DNA from: Bacteroidia bacterium
Lineage (GTDB): Bacteria; Bacteroidota; Bacteroidia; NS11-12g; UBA9320
Reading direction: 5' to 3'
NCBI GenBank assembly: GCA_965216465.1
Contig: CBDCFW010000006.1
Coordinates: 1,216,001 to 1,280,000, forward strand
DNA length: 64,000 nucleotides
How positions within the stretch are numbered: position 1 is the first letter of the stretch; every line of letters starts with the position of its first letter. The notes under the pieces were generated by a model. That model made no database searches and was not told the origin of the DNA. It was given only the letters and a program-made list of their open reading frames with translations. Shown here in pieces: positions 48,577 to 58,494 of the stretch. Both the position numbers and the translations under genes were made by a program.

Positions 48577-49061
48577 AGAACAGTTTATTAGCCTTACTAA
48601 CCATCCTTTTACTCAGTAGCTGCTCTAATAGCGAGATTAGAACAGTCGATATCAAACAACTGTTCGATGAGTTTAAGTATACCAAAGAGCTTCAACTTGA
48701 ATATAAATTAAAGACCCAACAAGAAGAGGCTGCATTGGATAGTATGTACAAGCAGTTAGCTGCTATCAAGCAACTAACTTTGAGTGATGGGAGCACTGAA
48801 GCTGCAGTTCAAGAAATGGAGATGCGGTTTAATCAACGCTATACGCGATTTGAAGATTTTAAGGCTGAACTTACAGCTAAGTCTGATGAAAAGGTGCTGA
48901 ACCAACTTAGTAACTATATACAACAATACGCGGAGAAGAAAGAGCTGGATATGATTGTAGCCAAAACTCAAGATGATGTAACCGTGCTTTACGCTGAAGA
49001 GTCAATGGATATAACCCAAGAAGTTTTAACTTTTATTAATGACCTCTACGATGCGAAGTAA
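48573..49061 (+). CDS. OmpH/Skp-like protein with lipoprotein signal
   Basis: LSSC lipobox, VDIKQLF, helical coiled coil, YAEKKELDMIV..VLYA..DITQEVL; ATGA overlap. Confidence 0.75.
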   Translation: MKNSLLALLTILLLSSCSNSEIRTVDIKQLFDEFKYTKELQLEYKLKTQQEEAALDSMYKQLAAIKQLTLSDGSTEAAVQEMEMRFNQRYTRFEDFKAELTAKSDEKVLNQLSNYIQQYAEKKELDMIVAKTQDDVTVLYAEESMDITQEVLTFINDLYDAK

Positions 49062-49602
49062 GTTGTTTATATACGTTATTTCCGTTCTAATGTGCTCTGC
49101 ATGTTCAAAGTCCAGTAGTGAGCAACAGCAGGACGTTGGCACAAGTTCGGTTCCTTTAAACTCGAAAAAAGAAAATCAACTAAAAGAGTTTCGGAATGCT
49201 AATTATGCACTAACGTATTTAACACCAGAGTATCGTGCAAGTCAGCTTTATGAAACAGGCTCAAGTCAGTATAGAGCGGAATTAATAAACCAGCAAGAAC
49301 AGAGTGTTTATCGGTTGAGAATTTCTAATAATTTAGGTAAACCTGTACTTGACTATGATCACCCTGATCTATATAATCGAGAAGATAGGCTCCAGTACTT
49401 TATGAACAGTTTTCCTTTAGGAATTACCATGCTGTCAGAAACAGATACTTTAAAACCAAGCTTTTACCATTTGGTTCAACCCAATCCAATGGTTCCATAT
49501 ATTGACCTAATGGTGGGTTTTGATCAAAAATATAACCCAAACGATCTATTTCAATTTGAAGATGAATACTTTAACAATGGACGAATAAAACTAAGAACGT
49601 AA
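49051..49602 (+). CDS. Hypothetical lipoprotein of the Rhs/YD operon
   Basis: MRSKLFIYVISVLMCSAC lipobox; start overlaps the OmpH stop. Confidence 0.65.
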   Translation: MRSKLFIYVISVLMCSACSKSSSEQQQDVGTSSVPLNSKKENQLKEFRNANYALTYLTPEYRASQLYETGSSQYRAELINQQEQSVYRLRISNNLGKPVLDYDHPDLYNREDRLQYFMNSFPLGITMLSETDTLKPSFYHLVQPNPMVPYIDLMVGFDQKYNPNDLFQFEDEYFNNGRIKLRT

Positions 49603-49604
49603 CT

Positions 49605-52600
49605 ATGAAATCTATAATTAATAACATTCGGAGAGTAGCATTTTTGTTGCTTTTGATTTTCTCGATAGAGATTGTCTCTCCTCTTACTGCATTTGCCTTA
49701 ACTGGAGGCCCATCTCAGCCTGAAGTTCAAAGCTTTCAACCTGTTGGGGCATCGGATATGGTTGATCTATTTACTGGGGATTTTTCATATAATATACCTC
49801 TGCTTGATGTCGATGGTTACCCCATTAATTTAAGTTATTCTTCAGGGATTTCAAACGACCAAGAGGCAAGTTGGGTAGGATTAGGATGGAACATAAATCC
49901 AGGTGTAATCAACAGAGCGATGCGCGGAATTCCAGATGAGTTTAGCGGAGATCGAATCATTAAGAAACAAAAAACGAAACGAAATTTAACTATCAATGCC
50001 AATTTCGCACCTGATGTTGAGTTTTTTGGTAAACCAAAAACCAAAAAAACGAAGAGCGGAGATTCTATTAAATATGGTGTAAATCTGGCATACTCTTTAG
50101 GAATGAAATGGAACAACTATACTGGGTTTTCTATAGAACCAACCTTAAATGCTGGAGTATTTGTAGGCGGAGATAAGGGGACCATGTCTGGCGGACTAGG
50201 ACTTACGTCTACTTCTAGCGGTTTAACTATATCTCCAGATATCAGCTATGAGAAAAAGATTGATAAGCTAGACAAAGAGAGCAAGCGTCCAGACTTTATT
50301 AAATTTGGTTTAAGTACAAATTATAACGCACTTAGTGGATTTTCTTCACTAACCATTTCTAAGACCACAATGGACAAAGGTGCGATTGATGATAACAAAA
50401 AGAAAAGACGTGGGGCGGGAGCTGGATCTATAAATATTGGAATACGATCATATACCCCAGCTATCTCCATGCCGCTTAAGAATTTTAATGGAAGTTTTAC
50501 CTATAAATTTGGTCCGGATGCGATTGGTTTTTTTCCAAATGCTACCATTTCAGGATCAGTTTCGGAGCAACATTTGAACGTTCCTGAAACTGGATTGAGA
50601 ATGCCCGCTTATGGCTACAACAACACCGACAAGGCGGTAAGAAGTAATGGTGAAATGAGGGCAGTTCAGGATGTGAATAGAGATTGGGATATGCCTTACA
50701 GTAAAAATACTCCTGCCTTACCAATTACTAATTTTACCTATGACTTTCTAAGTGTAAGTGGTCATGGTGTAGGTGGTACTTTTAGACCATTTAGGGGAGA
50801 TTATGGTTATGTATCTGACAATTACGCTCGTAATATTAGCGTAGGTGCATCTATGGGATTGGAAAGTGGATTCGGGAACACCAATGAAACCGGTTTTAAA
50901 TATGAAGACAATGTAGTAACCACTACAACAAAAACATGGGTGCGTCAAAATAGAATGGCTGAAAAATTCTATTACCAGCGTGATAGAGAAGAAGCCGATT
51001 ATGAGGCTTATACATACAAACAGTTGGGCGAACTTTCTGTTGACGATGAGCCTGAATTTTACAACATGATTCAGAACGATAAGGCGGTAAAAGTACAAAT
51101 TGAAAAAGGTGGAGGCTTTCAAACAAAGGCAAATAATGTTCTGGTTGATGCTGCAGATCAAACTTATGAAATGAGTGGAAAAGGTTACCGAACGAAACGC
51201 CTTAAAAGAAATCAGACCTTAACCATTGTTTCTCAAAAAGAACGTATTGCAAGAGGAGATTTGGGGGCTCAAGATCTAACGAATATTCCCGGCCATCACA
51301 CTTCTGAAATAACCGTTACACGAAACGATGGAGCTCGCTACATTTATGGAATTCCAGCATACAATCGCACGCAGGAGCAGGTTAGTTTTGCAATTGGAAT
51401 GGATCGAAATCCTGGCAAGAAAGATCGAGAAAATTTTTCAACTTTCCGGGCTAAAATACTGGATGAGAAAGGAGTTTTCCGATATAAAAGTGAACACAAC
51501 AAAATGGACAATGAATATGGTGTCGATAATTTCTATTCCAATACCATAATGCCTGCTTATGCGCATTCTTATTTATTGACTTGTGTCTTGTCTTCAGATT
51601 ATGTTGATTCGGATATGGAACCAGGTCCATCAGATCATGATATTGGTAACTATACCCGATTCGAATACGAAAAGCTTCCTGAATTGTATAAGTGGAGAAC
51701 GCCTTATGAGAATTTTGAAGCCAACTACAATGAGGGGTTGAAGTCAGACTTTTCGGATGACCAGGCAAGTTATGTTTATGGAGAAAAAGAAGTGTGGTTT
51801 TTAAGTAAGATAGAATCAAAAAATACAATTGCAATCTTTCATACCTCCGCACGTCACGATGGTTATGGTGTTGCAAATGAAAATGGAGGTCGAAGTACAT
51901 CAACCCCTTCTACTCACAAGCTTGACAAAATAAGCTTGTATTCTAAAAAAGACTATGAAGATAACGGTCAGAATGCAGTGCCAATTAAAGAAGTACACTT
52001 TGAATATGACTACCACCTGTGCCCTAACGTGCCAAACAATGACGGCCAACCGGAATTAGATGCGAATAATGATGATCTTAATGAAGACAAAGGCAAGCTG
52101 ACCCTAACTCGCGTCTATTTTACATATGGTAATTCAAACAAAGCTAAATTTAGTCCTTATGTGTTTGATTATTCAGATTTCAACCCAGATTACGGGCTAA
52201 AGAATTACGACAGATGGGGAAATTACAAAGCACCGGCAACAGGCTCAGACTTATTTGATTCTCAGTCAGAAATGACCAATTCTGAGAATCCTTATGTTGG
52301 CAAAGACAAGACGAACGCAGATCTCTACGCTTCTGCATGGACACTCAAAAGTATTAACCTACCTTCTGGGGGAACGATTTCAATAGAAGTTGAGGCCGAT
52401 GATTATGCCTATGTTCAAGACGAGGTGGCTCATGAGATGTTCAGAATTGTTGAAACTGGAAATTCAGAGGCCAGTTTGGAGGATGCAAGTCCAACTGCTA
52501 AATTAATGGATATAGACAACAACGACGAGGTCTACCAATGGGTTAAATTTCCTTTAAAGTCAACTCTTGATCCTTCTACGACCGATGATGAGTTTAAAGA

Positions 52601-55034
52601 GATGTATACCCAAGGTATAGAGAATAACATTTATTTTAAATGCTTAGTGGACATAACCGGTAAGCAAGACTATGAATATGTTAATGGTTACTGCCAAATC
52701 AGTGACGCTGGCTTGGTAGATAATGGGGGAAGTCCATACGAATATGGATGGCTCAAAATAAATAAGGTGCCAAAAAATAGTTTGGGTCTTGGTGATTATG
52801 TACATCCAATTTCTAAGGCTGCATGGACGTTCGGGTTAAACGCTATGCCACAACGTGTTATTGGTAAAGATTGGGATGATAATGGAGGATTTAAAGATTT
52901 TCTTCGGGTGCTTGGAGATGCAACTTTTGTTAAAGGATTGGTGCAAGCGTTTAAGGGTCCAAATGATGTAATTAAATCAAATGGTGGAGGCGTGAATATT
53001 TCGAGTACTAAATCACTCATTCGACTAAAGACCCCTGATTTAAAGAAAATCGGAGGAGGATTACGTGTTAAGAAGATATTAGTATCAGATGAGTGGGCTA
53101 CAATGGCCAACGCTGCAACAAATCCGTCTCAAGTAATTGGATCTGAATATTCGTATACAATGCAAGAAGATAGATACGATGATCCTATATCTTCAGGTGT
53201 TGCTGCATGGGAGCCAGCGATTGGGAATGATGAAAATCCATTGCGTATTCCTATCTACTATGGAGACGAAGATGCAAGAGTAATTTCAATCAAAAATGTA
53301 GATTATCTTGAAGGGCCAATTGGCGAGAGTTTCTATCCCAATCCAAGTGTTGGATACCGAACGGTTACTGTTAAATCCTTATCACACAACGATATTAACC
53401 GTCACGCTACAGGTAAAACAGTACATAAATTCTACACTGCGAAAGAATTTCCTGTCATTTCTGAGCAAACTTCAATTACCCCAGTTAAGAGCAGAACCCC
53501 AAGCTTATTAGCTGGTATAAACCCCTATTCAAGAGATCACATGGCAGCCTCTCAAGGCTATGCCATTCAAGTAAATGATATGCACGGCAAACAGCGCTCG
53601 GTAGAAGTGTATCAAGAGGGAAATACTGATCCCATTTCAGGGGCAAAATATATCTACCAATCCGATCCTTACGAAGAAGGATCTTGGAAATTGAATAATA
53701 CCTGTACTGTTGTTCGTCCAGATGGAAGCACTGACCAGCGAGAAATTGGAGTAGAATTTGACTTTGTTATGGACTTCAGACAGCAACAAACTCTGGGTAT
53801 TTCTCGTTCGGTAAGTCCGCAAGTAAGTACATTCTTAGCCGCCTTTTTGCCGGGAGTAGTTCCTTCAATATGGCCGGGCCTAAGTGTTGATGACACTCGA
53901 TTTAGAAGTGCGGTGACAACTAAAGTCATTAATCGATACGGAATATTAAGCGAGGTTGTAGCCTTTGATTTAGGCTCTGAGATAAGTACGAAAAATCTGG
54001 CGTATGATTCTGAAACAGGACTGGTACTGCTAACTCAAACAGTGAACGAATTTGAGGATGACATTTACAACTTTAACTATCCAGCGCACTGGTATTACGA
54101 TGGAATGGGTCAAGCTTATAAAAACTTAGGATTAGAGTTTGCAAGCATAACGCTGACCTCAGGAATACTTTCAGGCGTAGAAAATGCTCACACCTACTTT
54201 GTTCCTGGAGATGAGCTTTTACTCGACAATAAGAAAAAGGCATGGGTGCTGAGTGTTAATGGGGAAGATGTCACCATTATAAATAAAGCAGGAGGAATAA
54301 TTACAGGCACATACAGTACCTTAAAAATAATCCGCTCTGGAAGAAGGAATATGATTGGTGTTGGCATGGGAAGCATGGTAACAATGGAGAATCCTTTACC
54401 TTTTTTACAAAGCAATCAGTTTAATAAAGTACTGAATACTTCAACCCAAGAGTATAAAGAGGATTGGGAGACATTTTGTGAATGCTACAATAATTTAGGT
54501 TCGCCGATGATTTCAACCAGTAATCCATACCTGAATGGGGTAAAAGGAACGTGGAGACCGTTTAAGTCGTATGCCTATTTAACTCCGAGAAACCATACGT
54601 GGGACGACAACAATACGAACATTCGTGAAGATGGAATCTATTCCCGTTACAATCCTTTTTGGATATGGGGAGACAATGCTTGGGGAATTGATCAAACCAA
54701 CTGGACTTGGACTTCTGAAATAACGAAATACACCCCTTATGGGGCTGAGATTGAAAATATGGATGCCTTATACCGTTATAGCTCAGCGGTTTATGGCTAC
54801 AATAAATCAATTCCCACAGCAGTGGGGAGCAACATGCAGTATCGTGAAATCGCTTTTGATGGATTTGAAGACTACGACTACTCGAGTTGTGCAGACGACC
54901 ACTTTAGCTATAGACCATACATAGCTGATGTAACGGAAGAAGCCGCACATACAGGTAGAAGTAGTTTGAAAACGGGAAATGGAGACAGTGCTGTGGTTAT
55001 AAAGACTTTAGTTGACTGTGAAGAAGGAATATAG
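49605..55034 (+). CDS. 1809-aa secreted YD/Rhs-shell-like protein with SpvB/TcB-like N-terminus
   Basis: Signal peptide ending AFA; VDLFTGDFSYNIPL..ASWVGLGW..RGIPDE, WFLSKIES, DRWGNY, LKSINLPSGG, GGGLRVKKI, VGYRTVTV motifs of Bacteroidota YD proteins. Confidence 0.75.
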   Translation: MKSIINNIRRVAFLLLLIFSIEIVSPLTAFALTGGPSQPEVQSFQPVGASDMVDLFTGDFSYNIPLLDVDGYPINLSYSSGISNDQEASWVGLGWNINPGVINRAMRGIPDEFSGDRIIKKQKTKRNLTINANFAPDVEFFGKPKTKKTKSGDSIKYGVNLAYSLGMKWNNYTGFSIEPTLNAGVFVGGDKGTMSGGLGLTSTSSGLTISPDISYEKKIDKLDKESKRPDFIKFGLSTNYNALSGFSSLTISKTTMDKGAIDDNKKKRRGAGAGSINIGIRSYTPAISMPLKNFNGSFTYKFGPDAIGFFPNATISGSVSEQHLNVPETGLRMPAYGYNNTDKAVRSNGEMRAVQDVNRDWDMPYSKNTPALPITNFTYDFLSVSGHGVGGTFRPFRGDYGYVSDNYARNISVGASMGLESGFGNTNETGFKYEDNVVTTTTKTWVRQNRMAEKFYYQRDREEADYEAYTYKQLGELSVDDEPEFYNMIQNDKAVKVQIEKGGGFQTKANNVLVDAADQTYEMSGKGYRTKRLKRNQTLTIVSQKERIARGDLGAQDLTNIPGHHTSEITVTRNDGARYIYGIPAYNRTQEQVSFAIGMDRNPGKKDRENFSTFRAKILDEKGVFRYKSEHNKMDNEYGVDNFYSNTIMPAYAHSYLLTCVLSSDYVDSDMEPGPSDHDIGNYTRFEYEKLPELYKWRTPYENFEANYNEGLKSDFSDDQASYVYGEKEVWFLSKIESKNTIAIFHTSARHDGYGVANENGGRSTSTPSTHKLDKISLYSKKDYEDNGQNAVPIKEVHFEYDYHLCPNVPNNDGQPELDANNDDLNEDKGKLTLTRVYFTYGNSNKAKFSPYVFDYSDFNPDYGLKNYDRWGNYKAPATGSDLFDSQSEMTNSENPYVGKDKTNADLYASAWTLKSINLPSGGTISIEVEADDYAYVQDEVAHEMFRIVETGNSEASLEDASPTAKLMDIDNNDEVYQWVKFPLKSTLDPSTTDDEFKEMYTQGIENNIYFKCLVDITGKQDYEYVNGYCQISDAGLVDNGGSPYEYGWLKINKVPKNSLGLGDYVHPISKAAWTFGLNAMPQRVIGKDWDDNGGFKDFLRVLGDATFVKGLVQAFKGPNDVIKSNGGGVNISSTKSLIRLKTPDLKKIGGGLRVKKILVSDEWATMANAATNPSQVIGSEYSYTMQEDRYDDPISSGVAAWEPAIGNDENPLRIPIYYGDEDARVISIKNVDYLEGPIGESFYPNPSVGYRTVTVKSLSHNDINRHATGKTVHKFYTAKEFPVISEQTSITPVKSRTPSLLAGINPYSRDHMAASQGYAIQVNDMHGKQRSVEVYQEGNTDPISGAKYIYQSDPYEEGSWKLNNTCTVVRPDGSTDQREIGVEFDFVMDFRQQQTLGISRSVSPQVSTFLAAFLPGVVPSIWPGLSVDDTRFRSAVTTKVINRYGILSEVVAFDLGSEISTKNLAYDSETGLVLLTQTVNEFEDDIYNFNYPAHWYYDGMGQAYKNLGLEFASITLTSGILSGVENAHTYFVPGDELLLDNKKKAWVLSVNGEDVTIINKAGGIITGTYSTLKIIRSGRRNMIGVGMGSMVTMENPLPFLQSNQFNKVLNTSTQEYKEDWETFCECYNNLGSPMISTSNPYLNGVKGTWRPFKSYAYLTPRNHTWDDNNTNIREDGIYSRYNPFWIWGDNAWGIDQTNWTWTSEITKYTPYGAEIENMDALYRYSSAVYGYNKSIPTAVGSNMQYREIAFDGFEDYDYSSCADDHFSYRPYIADVTEEAAHTGRSSLKTGNGDSAVVIKTLVDCEEGI

Positions 55035-55052
55035 AAAATTAAAAAAGTACAA

Positions 55053-55631
55053 ATGAAAAACAAGTTAAAAACAAGACTTAAAGTGTTAACTCTATTGAGT
55101 GTTTTATCAATTATCAGTGTGGCTATTGTAAGCTGTGGACCAGAAAATAATCCCGAACCAGGAGGTGGAGATGATCCAACATCCAATTTTAAGGAAGAAT
55201 TTCTAATACTTGATGGGGTGCGTTATGAAGCTGATGATTTCAGTGCGAAAATTTTAAAAGATAACAATAGTGAGGATATTCTTGAGATTCAGGTTGATGG
55301 AGTTTATCCAAAGCTATTTTTGACACATGAACGTGAACAAAATTCGGATACGGTAGTGTGCAGAGATTATGAACCTTTTTGGGGTGCACTCTATGACCCT
55401 GATTTTGATACCTATTATGTTCAAGTATGGTACACAAAAGGACCTCTCCCAAATCATTGTCAGTATATGCCACGTAACGAACCTCCTTCGCCTCATGAAA
55501 AATATGAGTTGACGAAAGTTGATGGTAAATACGTGTCTGAATTTGGAAAAATCCAAGTTCAATGTGGTGATCAAGGAGCCGGAGAAGAATGGGTTACCGT
55601 GGAAGGCTATGTAATCTGGGAAGAAAAATAA
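55053..55631 (+). CDS. Hypothetical lipoprotein inside the Rhs/YD operon
   Basis: Lipobox IVSC, Pro/Gly/Asp linker, three further Cys. Confidence 0.7.
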   Translation: MKNKLKTRLKVLTLLSVLSIISVAIVSCGPENNPEPGGGDDPTSNFKEEFLILDGVRYEADDFSAKILKDNNSEDILEIQVDGVYPKLFLTHEREQNSDTVVCRDYEPFWGALYDPDFDTYYVQVWYTKGPLPNHCQYMPRNEPPSPHEKYELTKVDGKYVSEFGKIQVQCGDQGAGEEWVTVEGYVIWEEK

Positions 55632-55668
55632 ACTTATTCTATGGAAACTCTAATTTAAAACTAAAACT

Positions 55669-57831
55669 ATGAAAAATTCGAGAATACTCATATTTATATG
55701 TTATTCACTGTTCTGGCAACTTTCATTTGCTCACAGTGTTGTTGAAACGGAAAAATTGCTAGAGGAGAAAAGCGTGGTATCGTTTATTCTTCAAAAAGGA
55801 AATGAATTGAACTGGGACCAAAAGATTTTACAAGTCTTCGTTTTTAAGAACTTCGTTGAATTGGAGGATGATGTATTGAAGACAGCGAATTTGGCCTTTC
55901 ATGAACACATGGAACTAAACGAATTGGCTGTTGTTTTGGACGAAATTAACTCCAAGTACAATGGCATGCTGGAAGCATTTGATTCTGAGATGAAGGCGGA
56001 CCCCAATCTGATTGAATCTTCAATTGCCGAAATGAATTCAATTGCTCAAGCATCAGCCGCCTCAAACTGTACCAATGTAGGTTTTGAAAGTGGGGCATTT
56101 ACTAACTGGGAAGTACGTTTGGGCTATCGTTGGTACTGTGATTATTCAAGAGAGACGACCAACTTAAACTGTTTCAATTTTAATCCATCTTCATATGCAA
56201 TCGCCAATGCTGCAAATACTTCTAATCCACAATTTGGAAATCGATTGGAGATTATTGACAAGAATACTGTTCCAAATTTATATGACGATTTTGTAGGAGG
56301 TGAAGCCTTACCTATGGTGAGTCCTGATGGAGGTAATTACTCCATTCGCCTCGAGAACAAGACCAATGGATACGGTGCTACCGAGATCAGTTACGAATTT
56401 GTTGTAGATCCTAATAACCCCTTCTTTGAGTATCAGTTTGCCGCCGTGATGGAGGATCCTGGGGAAAGCCACCCGGCAGAGAGCAAGCCATTCTTTTCGG
56501 TGAAAATTTATGAAGACAATGGAGACGAAATTGAGTGTGCACGATATATTGTAATTGCGGATTCTGAAGATAAATACTTCGAAACCAATATTTATAAAGA
56601 AGTTCCAGGCAAAGGAGGATTTAAGTACTGTGACTGGCAAAAAATTGCTATCCCATTATCTGAATTCGCTAATGAAACATTAACTATTAAGTTTATAGCA
56701 TCAGATTGTCCTTGGGGCGGACACATGGGCTATGCATATGTAGACGGGTCGTGCTTTAACGCATCTATTACCCAATCAGATTGTAATCTAGATGGTACGA
56801 GAGATCTTGAATTTCCTGAAGGATTTGATTCATATCTTTGGCTTGGTCATGAATTGGTTACAACCAATTCCAGTCGGTCAATTAAGGTAAGAGGAGAAGG
56901 ACCATTTAAGCTGATGGCTCATTCGCGTGGGTGCATGCATATTGACACAATATCTCTCTCCACTTGTGATCAACCTCCTGCACCTAGCTGTGCCCTATCC
57001 TTGAGCAATGTAAATGTTACGGCGTGTGATATTGAGAATGAACATAACGTTACGGGTACGGTTTCAATATCACTGTCAAATTATTCGGGACAACATCATG
57101 TACTAGTGACCAACGGAATTCAAGAACAGGTTTTTGAATACGTAGAAAATACATCACTTAACTTTTCGTTTGAGAATTTGTATTCAGATGGAGAGCAGCG
57201 TGAAATAAAAGCCTATTTATTTACAGATGAATTTTTCGCAAAAGATGCAGCTATTTGTACCCAAACAACAACATACAATGCCCCTGAATCTTGTATAACT
57301 TTTCCGCAGAGTTGTGCGTGCATTGGCTCATTTGCACCTATTCAAAAAGACAAGGTTGTACACGGAATTACCGAATCAGGTATTTATGTCTTGGGTGCAT
57401 GGATTAAGGAACACAATGCTCCGGCAACCCAAATAAGCTACGACGATGCGTATATACGCGTTGAGTTTTACAATGGGGCTACCCAGTTAACCTCAACTAG
57501 CTTCAATGCTTCAGGAATGATTATTGACGGTTGGCAGCGCATACATGAGGAATTTGAAGTTCCACCTACCGCAACATCAATTCAAGTTATTCTAGGCACA
57601 ACCAGTGGCGAAGCTTATTTTGATGATATCCGTATCTACCCTAAAGATGGAAGTATGCAATCGTATGTATATGACCCGGTTAGCTTAAAACTGGTAGCGT
57701 CACTCGATGAGAACAATTACGCAACACTGTACGAGTACGACAACGAAGGGCGACTAATACGAACCAAAAAAGAAACCGAAAGAGGAATAATAACTATACA
57801 AGAAAACAGACAAAGCACTATTAAACAATAA
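55669..57831 (+). CDS. Secreted modular protein: Cys-rich adhesin-like domains plus C-terminal CBM-like/YD-repeat module
   Basis: Signal peptide; CTNVGFESG..YSIRLEN..YQFAAVMEDP..GHMGYAYVD; C-terminal GAWIKE..GWQRI..FDDIRIYP..SYVYDP..YEYDNEGRLIR. Confidence 0.7.
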   Translation: MKNSRILIFICYSLFWQLSFAHSVVETEKLLEEKSVVSFILQKGNELNWDQKILQVFVFKNFVELEDDVLKTANLAFHEHMELNELAVVLDEINSKYNGMLEAFDSEMKADPNLIESSIAEMNSIAQASAASNCTNVGFESGAFTNWEVRLGYRWYCDYSRETTNLNCFNFNPSSYAIANAANTSNPQFGNRLEIIDKNTVPNLYDDFVGGEALPMVSPDGGNYSIRLENKTNGYGATEISYEFVVDPNNPFFEYQFAAVMEDPGESHPAESKPFFSVKIYEDNGDEIECARYIVIADSEDKYFETNIYKEVPGKGGFKYCDWQKIAIPLSEFANETLTIKFIASDCPWGGHMGYAYVDGSCFNASITQSDCNLDGTRDLEFPEGFDSYLWLGHELVTTNSSRSIKVRGEGPFKLMAHSRGCMHIDTISLSTCDQPPAPSCALSLSNVNVTACDIENEHNVTGTVSISLSNYSGQHHVLVTNGIQEQVFEYVENTSLNFSFENLYSDGEQREIKAYLFTDEFFAKDAAICTQTTTYNAPESCITFPQSCACIGSFAPIQKDKVVHGITESGIYVLGAWIKEHNAPATQISYDDAYIRVEFYNGATQLTSTSFNASGMIIDGWQRIHEEFEVPPTATSIQVILGTTSGEAYFDDIRIYPKDGSMQSYVYDPVSLKLVASLDENNYATLYEYDNEGRLIRTKKETERGIITIQENRQSTIKQ

Positions 57832-57835
57832 GACG

Positions 57836-58492
57836 ATGAAAAACCTACTCACCCTTCTTCTTCTGGGGTTATTTTGGAATGCCACTGCCCAAGATGAGCA
57901 AATTGCATCCATGCTCCAAAAAGTTGACCAATCAATGCGGTCTTCAGAAAATCTTCATTTGGAGTTTACTACTCAAGTCAAGAATTTACAAAGTGGAGAA
58001 GTGGAAGAGAATACAACGACTTATTGGAAATCAGGAAATAAAATTAGAACAAAGCTTGGGAGCTATGAATCTGTCTCAGACGGAAAAGTGCAATTGCACA
58101 TTGATCACGACGAGAAAAAGATTATTGCCAACAAGCCTGCAGCAGTAGAAAGTATTGCAGAAGTTGATTTTCAATCCTCACTTAAGTTTTGTGCCAAAAA
58201 ACTCTTGAAAGATACCTTGGGTCAGCATTTGATAGAATTGCACTTCGATTCAAGCTATCCGATTTCTACATTATTTATCTATCTGAAAAAAGATAAATTA
58301 ACCAAGGTGGTGATTAGCTCTCGTGGATCAACACCAACTTTAGTAACCGTTTCTTACGATGTTTTTGACACGTCACCAACTATTTCATCTAAAAAGTTTG
58401 ATGTGAAAAAATTCATAAACTACAAGAACGGAAATATGACTCAAACAATTGACTACCAATCCTATAAACTCTATAATCTATTGAAAGCTTAA
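57836..58492 (+). CDS. LolA-like (lipoprotein carrier fold) periplasmic protein
   Basis: Signal peptide ending ATAQ; helix then beta-meander (YWKSGNKIR..SVSDGKVQLHIDHDEKKII), SKKFD near the end. Confidence 0.55.
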   Translation: MKNLLTLLLLGLFWNATAQDEQIASMLQKVDQSMRSSENLHLEFTTQVKNLQSGEVEENTTTYWKSGNKIRTKLGSYESVSDGKVQLHIDHDEKKIIANKPAAVESIAEVDFQSSLKFCAKKLLKDTLGQHLIELHFDSSYPISTLFIYLKKDKLTKVVISSRGSTPTLVTVSYDVFDTSPTISSKKFDVKKFINYKNGNMTQTIDYQSYKLYNLLKA

Positions 58493-58494
58493 CT

